From assembly GCF_009914755.1 (NCBI RefSeq), contig NC_060944.1: DNA of 64,000 nucleotides, one strand, 5' to 3'. Of this stretch, positions 13,881 to 33,084 are shown one piece after another. Every line of letters begins with the position of its first letter. Within the stretch, counting starts at the first letter, position 1. A program made the position numbers and the translations under genes. The notes beneath the pieces are model-generated. The model was not told the origin of the DNA. It ran no database searches and saw only the letters and a program-made list of their open reading frames with translations. This stretch comes from the human T2T-CHM13v2.0 reference genome, Homo sapiens.

Positions 13881-14574
13881 TCAGCTTCCAGTATCAGCTG
13901 GTTTGGCTACTAAAGTGTTCATGGAGAAAGGGGCTAAAGTCCAAGCCCTGGGAGTGAAGTGAGAGGGAGTTAGAAGTGGGAACCTCCTTCAGAGTAGAGA
14001 GCCACTGGGGCTACTATCTATCTGAAATGAGATTTTTCTGTTTGCCACCAACTCAGCTACCTCCCTCCATGTCATTCACAAGAACTTACCTTTTCCAAGA
14101 ATGTTATGTGTAGATCACAGTCATTCTACCTTTGGGGCATGGTGGAGTTTGGAAACGAGGGTGAACAGGGCTGGTAAAGGGTATCTTCCCGAAAAAATGA
14201 CCCCTTCTATGTTTATGCTGGTTGTAGTCTGTTCTCTCCTTCAGCCAGGCTTGAATGGTGCTATAATAATACTTCCTGGTACCCACACTGGGCTGTTTCT
14301 GACATTTTTCTTCCTTACGGAAAATGGAGCAGATAATGGTTTATCTAGAACGTTGTGGGAAAAGGCAAGAACATAGCTTTAAAAACTCCATTCTCAGCCT
14401 GTTTTCCCATCTATGGTGCCAGGCCCTTTTTGGCTTTCTTCTAATACCTGTGTCTCCCCAGTTAATAATTTCTCACTACCCCCAATTTCCTCTCATTTGT
14501 GGCAATTCCACCGTTGGTTTGGGGGAAGGATCCAGTCTCCCCAGCTACTCGGGCTGGAGGAAATTGTCCTGTGC

Positions 14575-16500
14575 TGTGAAGTATGGTAGAACATTTTTAT
14601 TCACTTGGAAAAATGTGAAATTGGATCTTTACCTCATATCATATGCAAAATTCAACTCCAGGTGAATAAAGAACTTAACTGTCAAACCCAAAAATGTTTA
14701 AGTCTTAGTAGAAAATCTAGTAAATATATTTAAGTCCTTGGTAAGGAAAGATTCTTAAATAAGATACAAAAAGAATCTATTATAAAATTGATAAATTCTA
14801 TAATACTAAAAATAAGAATGTTTGCTCACTAAAAGATGTTTTCAAGAAACTGAAAGCCAAGACACAAACTGGAAGCGGATATTTGCAATGCACATTATAT
14901 GGTGAAGGACCGTTATCAAAAATATATAAAGAACTTCTGCAGATCAGGAAGAAGAGCATAAATTCAACAGAAAGGTATTAAAGAGATAGGAACAGGCATG
15001 CATGGAGAGGACTCAAATGAACCCAACAAGTATATGACGAGTTGCTTAGCCTTGTGATGACTCTACGAGAGCCACAAGGCCAAAATGAGGCATTATTTAA
15101 TTGGTAATAATTACAAAGTCTGATGGTATAAAATATCAGAATGGATATAGCTCCACAGATGGTGAGAGTGTAAATTAATGTAACCAATTTGGAATATACT
15201 TTGGCATTACCTTCAAAAGTTTAAAATTCACACACCCTTTGAATGAGCTATTCTACTCCTAGTCACTGCCAATAGGAAACATTATGTCTGTACAGAAGAA
15301 AGTACAAATAAGAATGTAACATTGTTCATAGAAACAAGAGCCTAGAAACAACACAAATGCCCACAATTGGGAATTAGATGAATAAACTGGAGCATATTCA
15401 CACAATGAAATATACAGCTGTCAACATAAAGGTAGTATGGCTACAATTTGATGAATCTTGGAAATATTAAGTGAAAAAAGTTAACTCTCAAAAGATTACA
15501 CAGAGTTTAGAAAGATAAAAGTACTAAATATATAGTTGTCAAGAACCTTTGCTCCGTGAAAACCCATGTAAAGAGGATAAAAAAAGAAGTTAGAGACTGG
15601 GAGAAAAATACTTGCAAATCACCTGTCCAACAAAGAACTAGTACAGCATTAAGAATTTTAAAAATTTTTCAAAACTTAACAGTAAAAAAAATTCAATTAG
15701 GTGGGCAACAGAAGTAAAGAAATTCACCAAAGAGTATATACAGATGGCAAATAAGCATATGAAAAGATGTTTAACATTAGCTACAAGGGAAAAGCAAATT
15801 AAAATCACAATAAGGTATGATTACAAACCTCTCAGAATGGCTAAAATTAAAAATACCAACACTACCAAATTCTGGAAAGGAGGCAGGGAAAGTAGAGCAC
15901 TCATATATTGCTGGTGGGAATGTAGAATGTTTAGCCACATAGGAAAACTGTGTGGCAATTTCTTAAAGAATTAAACATGCCATTACCATACAACCCAGCA
16001 ATTGTATTCTTGGGAATGTATCCCAGAGAATGAAAACTTATGTTTACACAGCAATCAGCCCAGATGTTTTTCAACAGGTGAATAGTTAACAAATGACCTA
16101 GTTTTGCACTCACATCTTTGTCTTAAATGCTTCTTCTAGGGGTACCTAAACTAAGACAATGTGAAGAAAACTAGCAAGAGGAAAATTAAAACTCAGGAAA
16201 GCAGATGTAACAGATGTCTGAGAAAACAAACAATTCAGTTTACAAAATGATCTGCAAAATACCACATCTCTACAACACTCAAATTAAAATTAACAGATAG
16301 ATTTAACAAGATGTTGTAGCTTTAATGTACATAACAGCAAGTTGCTACTTGAATGGAACAATCAAGGAACAACGACAACAACAAAATAATTTCTGGAAGT
16401 TAAATTTGTGATTTGCAAAATAAAAACAAATATTTAATAGTTGAACTTGAAGATAAGATCGGGAAGTTTCCCAGAATAAAGACAAAAAAGACATATTGAC
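14575..16500 (+). mobile_element. Cluster of old L1M fragments (ORF2 3' parts and an ORF1 piece)
   Basis: ORF 15744-15974 MANKHMKRCLTL...REKQIKITIRY is the L1 ORF2 C-terminus; similar motifs at 14600-15450. Confidence 0.75.
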
Positions 16501-18096
16501 TCACCCTCTGATAAAAAGAATGGCTAAGCCCCAGAGAGAATCAATCAGTTCCGGAGTTTTGTTGCATTATTCACATTTGCTTTCTTCTGTTGTCATGATT
16601 TTTGTGGTTCTTTCCTCTTAAGCAACAAATCCTTTAGAACCGTGCCTCTTAGTGTCTAAACATAACGAGCTTCTTTCTTGTTTTGAATGATTTGTTTTTG
16701 TTTATCATTATTTTAATTGTATTTTGATCAGATAAATTTATGTATCTGCTACTCACTCTTTAGAATTGGTTGAGATTTCTGAGCCTGTGGACAATGAATG
16801 CTTCTTGAGTGCCTGTTCTTAGCATGATTAAATGGAAGGTATATGCACTAAGGTTGGATGCTGCATTCTGTATACCCACTTACCAAGTGCTATAATTGTG
16901 TGGATCACTTTTCTAAATCCCTACAATATTTTTGTCTGCTTGATCAATTAGTTTTTGAGAGCAAGGTGTTTATAAGTACCATCTCTGGATGTGGATTTGT
17001 CAATTTTTGCATTGAAATTTTGCCAATTTTTTTCTTTATTTTTCAAGTCAGTGTCATTTGGTGTTTGCATTTGTATGACTATTATACTTTTTAGGTATAT
17101 CCTTTAAATAGCATATATTAATAGCATGATTTTGCTTGTTAAAATTCAGTCTGGGACTTGTACTTCTGGGAAGATGGAGAATATATGTTTTTTTTCTGTA
17201 ATTCCCACTAACTAAAATCTCTGAACATTATATATAAAACAAACATGAGGCTTTGAAAAGTAGTGAGAAGGAGGCAGATTGGCTAGGGAGCTCAGGACCT
17301 GGGGAAAAACATGGTAATGAGTTTCCTTTGTTTTCATTTTGCCCTGTATATCCCGGGCTACACACTGAAGAAGCTAACACCTGGAAATACCAACAAACAG
17401 ATAAATAAAGCCTCCAGGAAGGCTTACTCTACCCAGCCAAAGCCCAGGAAAGAGGCAGCCTAGAAAGACAGAAAACTTTTAGGCAGCAGCAGTCCTACTC
17501 CTGCCCAAACCACAGGAAAAACAAACTAACAAAAAATCTGCATCCCGTTCCTACCACTGCCAGAAAGGTTCCAGTGGGGAGCCTACACTTCCACCCTCCC
17601 AGGGCTGTTGTGAGATGCTCCAGCCATTTTGGTGTTATCATGTTTCACGAGATACCATATGGATGTTAACAGCTCCTCTCCTCTACGTTGTCAGTGGATA
17701 TCATGCGGAAAGCCACTTGTACCTGGCAATATCAAAGCATCTCTGTCCCTCCCCACTAATATGGTATCAGAAGACACCTCTTAGGAATTCAGGACTTTTA
17801 CCTCTGCTTAGTAGTAATGATACTGCCCACTCCCACAGTGTCAGTGGAGACCATGTGGAGAGCCTAACACCACCTCAACCTGATGTTAATGGGGCCTGCC
17901 TCTCCACCCAGGTGTCATTGGAGGCTGAGTGAAGAGCCTGGCCTTCCAACCCCGTCTGGGAGTACGGAGGTGGCATTGTGTTCATCTACCAGAGTGGTGT
18001 CAGCAGAGATCGGCTAAAACACAAGATTTAAATAAGATCTAGAGCCTCAAAAGAAAGTACCACAAATGTCTAGGATCAATTTTAAAAAATCACTCA

Positions 18097-18418
<322 letters not shown>

Positions 18419-19158
18419 GCTCATTGTATTAGGAACCACAAATATCTCAAACTGAATGAGAAAAGTCAATCAACATATCCCAACACTGAAGTGACACAGA
18501 TGTTAGAATTATGTGGTATTTGACGTCATAAAATACTTCAGTGAGCAATTATGAACATGCTTGAAACAAATAAAAAAAGTTTCAGCAAAGAAAAAGTACA
18601 TGTCAGCGAAGAAATAGAAAACATAAAGAAGAACAAAATGAAAATTTCAGCACTAAAATTTACAATAACTGAAATAAAAAAACTCAAGGATGGGCTCAAC
18701 AGCAGAATGAAGAGGGCAGTGCAAAGAATTGGTGAAACTGAAGCTAGAACCATAGAAATTACTCGTTATGAACAACAGAGAGCAAATAGAAAATGAACAG
18801 CGCTTCAGGAATATGCAGGAACATAAAAAAGTTTATAAATTTGTGCAGAGAAGAGAAATAGAGTAGGACTGGAAAAGTATTCAAAGAAGTAATAGCTGAA
18901 AAATTCTAAATTTTGCAAAAGATATAAGCCATTGTTATTCTTTTTTTTTTATTATTATACTTTAAGTTTTAGGGTACATGTGCACATTGTGCAGGTTAGT
19001 TACATATGTATACATGTGCCATGCTGGTGTGCTGCACCCACTAACTCATCATCTAGCATTAGGTATATCTCCCAATGCTATCCCTCCCCCCTCCCCCCAC
19101 CCCACCACAGTCCCCAGAGTGTGATACTCCCCTTCCTGTGTCCATGTGATCTCATTGT

Positions 19159-22247
<3,089 letters not shown>

Positions 22248-23755
22248 TGACATCACAGTCTATGTAGACAATCCCAAGGAATTTATAAAACCTCCTAATA
22301 AGTGAATTCAACAAGATCACAAGGTACAAGATCAACATACAAAAGTCAATTTTATGTTTGTATACTAGCAATGAATATGTGGAAGATAAAATTACAAATA
22401 TGTTAATATTTATAGTTGCTCAAAAATGAAATAATTAGTAAATCAGACAAAACATATATAGGATGTTTATGCTAAAAACTATAAAACACTAACGTTTTCA
22501 TGATCTACTTATTTAGCTCTTTTATTTTAAAAAAATCTAAACCAAAGATCTAAATAAGTAGATCTAAATAAGTAGAGAGATAAGTAGAGAGATATTTTGT
22601 GGTCTTGGATTAGAAGAATCAACATAGTAAAGATGTAAATTCTTCTCAAATTGATAAACAAGTTTTAAGCAATTTCTATCAAAATCCTAGTAATTTTTTT
22701 GTATATATAGATAAGCTTATTCTAAAACTTATATAGAAAAGCAAAAGAAGAAAATACCTAATTCTTAAATAGGAAGTAAGTCAGGAGGAATCACTTTACT
22801 TGATTTCAAGACTTATTATAGCATATAGCTACAGCAATCAAAACTGTTTGGAATTGGCAGAGATAGGCACAAAAGTCAATAAGATTTTATACAGAACCCA
22901 GAAATAACCCCACATAAGTATGTCCAACTGATTTTTGACAAAGAAGCAAAAACAATTCAAGGGAGGAAAGACCATTTTTTCAACAAATGATGCTGGAGCA
23001 ACTCTATATCCATAGGTATAAAAATGAGCCTTGACCTAAACCTCAAACTGTATAAAAATGAACTCAAATGGATCATAGATTTAAGTGTAAAGCATACATT
23101 TATAAACTTTTAGAATAAAAATCTTCAGGACCTAGAGCTTGGCGAAGAGTTCTTAGACATTGCACCAAAAGCATAATCCATAAAAGAAAAAAATCTATAA
23201 AGTGGACTTAATTAAAATTAAAATTAAAATCTTCTGCTCTGCAAAAGATTGCGTTTGGAGAATGTAATACAAATTATAGACAGAGAAAATATTTATGAAC
23301 CACGTAGCTGACAAAAAACTCTTATCTAGAATACATAAAGAACTTTCAAAACTCAACAGTACAAAAACCAAAAAATCCTATTAGAAAATGTATAAGAGAC
23401 ATGAACACACATTTCACCAAAGGTGACATTGCATGTCATAAGCACACAAGAAGATGTTCAATGTCACTAACCATTAGGGAAATGCAAACTAAGACCATAA
23501 TAAGATATCACTCACACCTATTAACACAGGCCCAATAAAAAAACAGTAACACCACCAAATTCTGGCAAGGATGCATAGAAGCTGGATCTCTCATACGTTG
23601 CTGGTGGGAATGTAAAATGTATAGCCATTCTGAAAAATGGTTTGGCAGTTTCTTAAGAAATTAAAGTTACACTTATCATATAAATCAGCAGTTATACTCT
23701 TGGACATTTATCCCAGAAAAAATGCAAACTTATGTGTGCATAAAAACGCGTATGG

Positions 23756-24083
<328 letters not shown>

Positions 24084-25495
24084 TCATAGCAGCTTAATTT
24101 GAAGTAGTGCAAAACTGGAAACAATGCAAAAGTCCTTTAATGGGCAAATGAATAAGCAAGGTATAGTAAATGTATTCCATGGAGTACCATGCAGCAGTGA
24201 AAAGAAGGGACTATTGATACAAACAACAACTTGGATGGATCTCAAGGGCATTATGTGAATGGGAAAAAACCAATCTCAAAAGGTCACAGACTGTATGATT
24301 CCATTTATATAACATTCTCAAAATGACCCAACTGTAGAGATGGAGAACTGATTAGTGGTTGCTAGGGATAGTAGGTATAGTAGGTATAGTAGGGAGAATG
24401 GGTATGGCATGAGTGAGATCTTTGTGGTGATAGAATAGATATCTTTGTGATGATGGTTGTATCCACACAAATGTACACATGTGATAACATAGAACTGTAA
24501 CAAGTTGTACCCATGTCAATTGTCTGGTTTTGATGTTGTACTATAATTATGTAAGATGTAATCATTGAAAAAAACTAAATGAAGTTTACATAGGGCCTTT
24601 CTGTACTGTCTTTGTAACTTCTTGTGAATCTATAGTTATTTCAAAATAAGGATTAGAAAAAAATCCAACCTGAGATTTTTCAGTCCCTCACTAAGTGAGT
24701 TTAATCATTTACATTTATCATGATTCCTGATACATTTGTATTTGTATTTATTGTTATTTTTTCCACTTACTGTGCCCTTTTTCTTCATCTTTCTGTGACC
24801 TTCTTTCTTGCATTTTATAATCTTGATAGTGTTTGCTATGCCCTTTGGCCTCTCCACTGTTTGGAAGACCATTTTTAATTACATTCTTTTGGTGGTTAAA
24901 CTAAAAACTTTACCGCATTTACTTAACTTTACATGGTTCTCACACAATCTAAAGCCAAGTCAGTCTCTCTTCTCCCTTTAAATAAGGCAATTATCTTAGA
25001 ATTCTCCTATCCCCTCTACATCCTGTATGTTATTTCTGGGGTATAATTTGGTTTCACTTGGTTTTTAAACATGACAATTATTATTTATATACATTAAATT
25101 TTCTTTTTAGATTTATGAACTTTAAAAAACCAGTTTACTCCCTTTTATTTAACATTTCTTGGATCTCATTTCTTCTCTTGGGGCTTATGTTTATTCTTGA
25201 TGAAGTATGTTTTTAGTAACTCTTTTCAACCTTTGTATGTCTGAAAGTATATTTAACTTGCCCTCGCTCTTGAATGGAAGGCTTAGCTGGGTATAGCATT
25301 CTTTTCTCTTTGCACCTTAAACATATTGTTCCTTTCTTCTCTGGCATCTATAGCTGATAGTGAGAAGTCAGCTTCTTTGTATGTGACCTGTCTTTTGAAT
25401 TTCTAGGAGCTTAAATTCTTTTTTGATGTTTGAAGCTCTATAGTTATAGCATGAAATCTTTGGGTATAGCGTAAGAGAGGTATTTCTGGGGATAG

Positions 25496-25561
25496 AATAG
25501 TTCTGAATCTTTTTTTCCCTTAAGACTCCTGGATCAGAGACAAAAAATAGTTCTGAATCTT
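25496..25561 (-). repeat. 34-bp insert flanked by a perfect 16-bp direct repeat (TSD-like), inside an L1MC 3' fragment
   Basis: aatagttctgaatctt at 25496-25511 and 25546-25561; insert begins with a T-run. Confidence 0.85.
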
Positions 25562-26035
25562 GAATGTAGTGGTGGTTTCACAAATCTACACATGTAATAA
25601 AATGGCACAGACTGTCCCCCACACATATGGTACCCATCTCGGTGAGTTTCTACCTTTATTTCTCAGCTCTCATAGCAGTTCTCAATATCTAATGTTATTT
25701 CATGTGTTTGTTTGTGGGTTTATTTTCTTTCTTTCCCAAGTAGAACATAAGCTCCATAGGGGCAAGGACTCTATTTTGTTCCCTGGAGTGCCCAGGAGAG
25801 TGACTGGCAAATAGCAGATCACTGAGCAATAGATTTCATTGCCAATGGACTCCTGAGGACACAAATAAGTAAGTGAACAAAATGATCTATAAAGCATCCC
25901 TAAAATTAACAAATATAATTGACAAGATATGACATCCATAAGGTAAGTATAGCTTGTGATAAAATGGAACAGAGAATAAGAAAGAGTTTCTTGGAAATTA
26001 AATATGTAATTGGCAAAATAAAAAATTCAATGGAT

Positions 26036-27014
26036 TGTAGGGACCAGCCCCACAGGGTCAGTGGGTCTCTCCCTGTGTGCGACGACCAGAGAGTGTAGAA
26101 ATAAAGACACAAGACAAAGAGATAAAAGAAAAGGCAGCTGGGCCCGGGGGACCACTACCACCAATGTGCGGAGACCGGTAGTGGCCCCGAATGTCTGGCT
26201 GCACTGTTATTTATTGGATACAAGGCGAAAGGGGCAGGGTAGAGAGTGTTAGTCATCTCCATTGATAGGTAAGGTCACGTGGGTCACGTGTCCACTGGAC
26301 AGGGGGCCCTTCCCTGCCTGGCAGCTGAGGGAGAGGAGACAGAGAGAAAGACAGCTTACACCATTATTTCTGCATATCAGGGACTATTAGTACTTTTACT
26401 AATTTACTACTGCTATCTAGAAGGCAGAACCAGGTGTACAGGATGGAACAAGAAGGTGGACTAGGAGCGTGACCACTGAAGCACAGCATCACAGGGAGAC
26501 GGTTAGGCCTCCAGATAACTGCGGGCCAGTCTGACTGATGTCAGGCCCTCCACAAGAGGTGGAGGAGCAGAGTCTTCTCTAAACTCCCTTTCCCGGTCTG
26601 CTAAGTAGCCGGTGTTTTTCCTTGACACTGAGGCTACCGCTAGACCACTGTCCGCTCGGCAACGGGCGTCTTCCCAGACGCTGGCATTACCGCTAGACCA
26701 AGGAGCCCTTCTGGTGGCCCTGTCTGGGCATAACAGAAGGCTCGCACTCTTTTCTTCTGGTCACACCTCACTATGTCCCCTCAGCTCCTATCTTTGTATG
26801 GCCTGGCTTTTTCTAGGTTATGATTGTAGAGCGAAGATTATTATAATATTGGAATAAAAAGTAATTGCTACAAACTAATGATTAATGATATTCATATATA
26901 ATCATATCTAAGATCTTTATCTGGTATAACTATTCTTGTTTTATGTTTGATTTTACTGGAACAGCTCGTGTCCTCTGTCTCTTGCCTCGGCGCCTGGGTG
27001 GCTTGCCGCCCACA
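26036..27014 (-). mobile_element. LTR13 solo LTR (HERV-K HML-4 group)
   Basis: Minus strand begins tgtgggcggcaagccacccaggcgccgaggcaagagac and ends ...ggtccctaca; 6-bp TSD atggat at 26030-26035 and 27015-27020; minus-strand AATAAA at 26210-26215; CpGs retained. Confidence 0.93.
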
Positions 27015-27910
27015 ATGGATGACCTAGAAGTTGATGTCAAATAAATTTCCCAAAATGGAAGAGGAGAAAGACATATCTTTTTACCCTTTGATAAAGAGAA
27101 CAGATAATCATAACAGAGAATCAATTTAGGAGTTCCAGCATCTAACAGATACATTTCCCTTCAAGCATGTTTTCTGTACACCACAAGTTTTCCTTTCTTT
27201 CCTTGTCATTCACTCTTAAATGTTTTATAATTTTTCATGCTGACTTTTTTGCTAAGAAATGTTATTTAGAATTGTGTCTTTGAATGAGTAAATATCAATC
27301 ATTTGTTTTGCTTTTCTTCCTCTTCTTTTTTTCTGTACTGCCAGAGACATGGGAATCCCTGCCTTATGCCCAAGCTTGGCACGAATTCATGTTCCAATCA
27401 CTCATAAGTGACTCTATTTCTATTTTCTCATATGGCTTAGAAGGGATCAACAAGTAGAGATTTTTCTACCCTCATTCATAGATAGAACATTATTTTCTGG
27501 TTCCCTGTGATGCACAAAACTTGAGACCTTACATCCCAGGCCTGTGTGATCATAAGTCCCCATTCCCTCGTACATGTATTTGGTCTACATTTCTCCCTCC
27601 CCATCCTCAGTTCACCCAGGGACTTCGTGGATCAGATGTGCTCATTGCTTTAAACGTAGGTTTCCTTTTCATTTTTGACACCCGGAATGTTTTTCTATTT
27701 TTACCTTTCAGCTTAACAATGTATGTGTAAACATCACATTTTATCCATGTATGTCTGCTTATTGCAGTAGCACAGGTGACTCTTGCCTATAGTCAGTTTG
27801 ACATCTTTACCAGAAGGTACGTTGGCTCTTTCTCCCAGTTCACCAATGTGCTCTTTAGCTATGACCTTCGTATTATCCAATGTCTTGAGTTTTTATTTCA
27901 TCAACTTTTT

Positions 27911-30798
<2,888 letters not shown>

Positions 30799-30968
30799 TA
30801 CATCACATTTTTTATTTCCAAGATTCCTAGTTGGCTCTTTTGTCAGACAGCATGTTCTTATTTGATAGATATTTATGTTTCTCCTTGTCCCAGGTGTTGG
30901 TTTTTCTTCTTTGTTGAGTTGGGATTCTGTTTGTGAATGGTGTTAGTTTCCCTCAAGACTTTGATTAG

Positions 30969-30970
<2 letters not shown>

Positions 30971-31008
<38 letters not shown>
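30971..31008 (+). repeat. (GT)19 microsatellite
   Basis: Pure GT run. Confidence 0.98.
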
Positions 31009-31010
<2 letters not shown>

Positions 31011-31464
31011 TTCTCTATTTGAAGCCTGCATTTGTTACCTGCAGCCTATCTCCAGTAGGAGCAGGGATGGATATGATGCCAATTGTGTAAGATATTATCT
31101 GGGCTTGATGGCTGCCTGCCCCTTTTGGAAACCACTAGCCTTTATGATAAAGCACTGGCACCCAGTGCTACCATAGGGAGAGGGATAGGGACAGGGAGGA
31201 GACAGAGTTTATCCCTAACTAATTTTCCTATTGGTATGTCTCGGATGCCACTCACTTCATATATTCATTGACTCTGAGCTTGGAGCATTTCTAGAGTCTC
31301 TCCTAACTTTTGCAGCAAGTTTCTCTGAACATCTTTTGGGTTGTGGTTTCCTCCTTCAATCCAATTCCATCTACTTTTCTTAATTCAGGTATGTCTTATA
31401 ATTTATGGTCCACCTAGGACCACCAGTGCACTCCTTGTTTGCTGATATTTCCATGGAGTTATTC

Positions 31465-31753
31465 TTTGTTTTTGTATTTTTTTTTAGACAGGGTCTTGCT
31501 CTGTTGTCCAGGCTGGAATACAGTAGCATGCGATCATGGCTTACTGCAACCTCAACCTCCCAGGCTCAAGCAGTTCTCCCACCTGAGCCTCCTGAGTAGC
31601 TGAGACTACAGGCATGCCCCACTGTGCTTGGCTAATTGTTTTATTTTTGTGGAGACAGGGTCTCCTCATGTTGCCCAGGCGGGACTCAAGTGACCCTCTC
31701 ACCTTGGTCTCCCAAAGTGCTGGGATTATAGGCATGAGCCACCGTGCCTGACC
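31465..31753 (-). mobile_element. AluJ with small internal deletion
   Basis: agacagggtcttgctctg, ccaggctcaagc; left arm lacks ~15 bp near 31680. Confidence 0.92.
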
Positions 31754-31879
31754 ACATTTGTTCTTTCAAAAGTATCTTTTCTGTCATTTCTAAGGATCTT
31801 GCAAAGGAAAGTGAGGCTAGCACAGCTTCTCAATCTGCCATCTCCTGAATATTTCTGTTATTATTTGAACTCTTAAAAA

Positions 31880-32850
31880 CATGTACCACTTTTTCTAGAA
31901 AAATGCAAAACACTAGAGAAATGTTATTCTGAAAGAATGTAATGATGGCTACTATGTGAGACTATCCAAGACAATTTTAAAAACAAAAGTAATATAAAGA
32001 GATTTTACCACCAGATATTAAAAGATATTTTAAAGCCAAGTTAATAAGAATATGATGTTGGCATAGAACAAAATGGACAGATCAGTGGAAAAGATTAGGA
32101 AATCCAGACACAGAATGTAGTATATAATAAAGTTGGCATTTTGAATCAATAGACAAAATATTGTGTTTGCACAAATGGCTGACCATTTGATAATCTTGGG
32201 GTAGGAAAAAACTTTTCTAAGCAGACACCAAGTCCAGAAACCAAAAAGTGATAAGATTTTATGAGTTAAAAATAACATTTTCAGTACAGCAACAGCAATC
32301 ATAAGCTCAAGAGACAATTAGCAACTAGAAATACTTTCAATATGGGTGGTAAACAAAGGATTAACATCATTAATATATAAATACTCAGATTCCAAAAAAG
32401 AAGAAAAATAACTAGTATACTCACCAATATACCATCTTTTATATGGAAAATAATGTGTATATATACCATTTTTATACAGTTGGATTAGCAAATATTAACC
32501 AGAATGAAAACACCCAGAGGTGACTTGGGTGTGGTACCTACTACATATCTGTAGATGGGAAAGGAACGTAAGGATAACCTAGAGGGAGGGAAATTTGACG
32601 TGATGTATCAAAATCCTTAAAAATGTGTCCAGAATATTTGATCCAGATGTTCTAATGCTAGGAATATATTCTAAGAAAATGATCAGACAAATGGACAAAG
32701 ATGTGTATGTATGTGTGTGTGTATACACACACACACACACACATACAAGCACACACATATATATATACACACATAAGGTAGTTTATATCATGGAATTGTT
32801 TGTGATAGGGAGAATGCATAGCAACTTAAGTATCCATCTGTAGGGAAATG
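31880..32850 (+). mobile_element. L1ME-like ORF2/3' fragments
   Basis: Degenerate ORF2 motifs (acagatcagtggaaaagattaggaaatccagacacag; tttgatccagatgttctaatgctaggaatatattctaag). Confidence 0.6.
32701..32774. repeat. (TG)n-(CA)n-(TA)n compound, self-complementary microsatellite
   Basis: atgtgtatgtatgtgtgtgtgtatacacacacacacacacacatac... Confidence 0.9.
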
Positions 32851-32856
32851 ACAAAG

Positions 32857-33084
32857 CAGTGGTTGTCAGATGTGAGTGTGTGTGTGATTTTTCCCCTCAG
32901 GAGGCATTCAGCAGTGTCTGGAGACATTTTTGGTTGCCACAACTGGGGTGAAGGGAGTGCTACAGGCATCTTATGGGTAAAGGTCAGGGATGCTGTGAAA
33001 CATCCTACAATACACAGGACAGCCTCCTTCAACAAAAAATTATCCAGTCCTAAACGTCAACAGTTCCGAGGTTGAAAAACCTTG
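32857..33084 (+). mobile_element. MER20 hAT MITE
   Basis: cagtggttgtc...gtctggagacatttttggttgccacaactgggg...ccgaggttgaaaaaccttg. Confidence 0.92.

Noticed and set aside
24390-25640. Similarity between 24390-24520 and 25460-25640 as a local duplication
   Set aside because: Too diverged; both are explained as separate L1MC 3'-end fragments.
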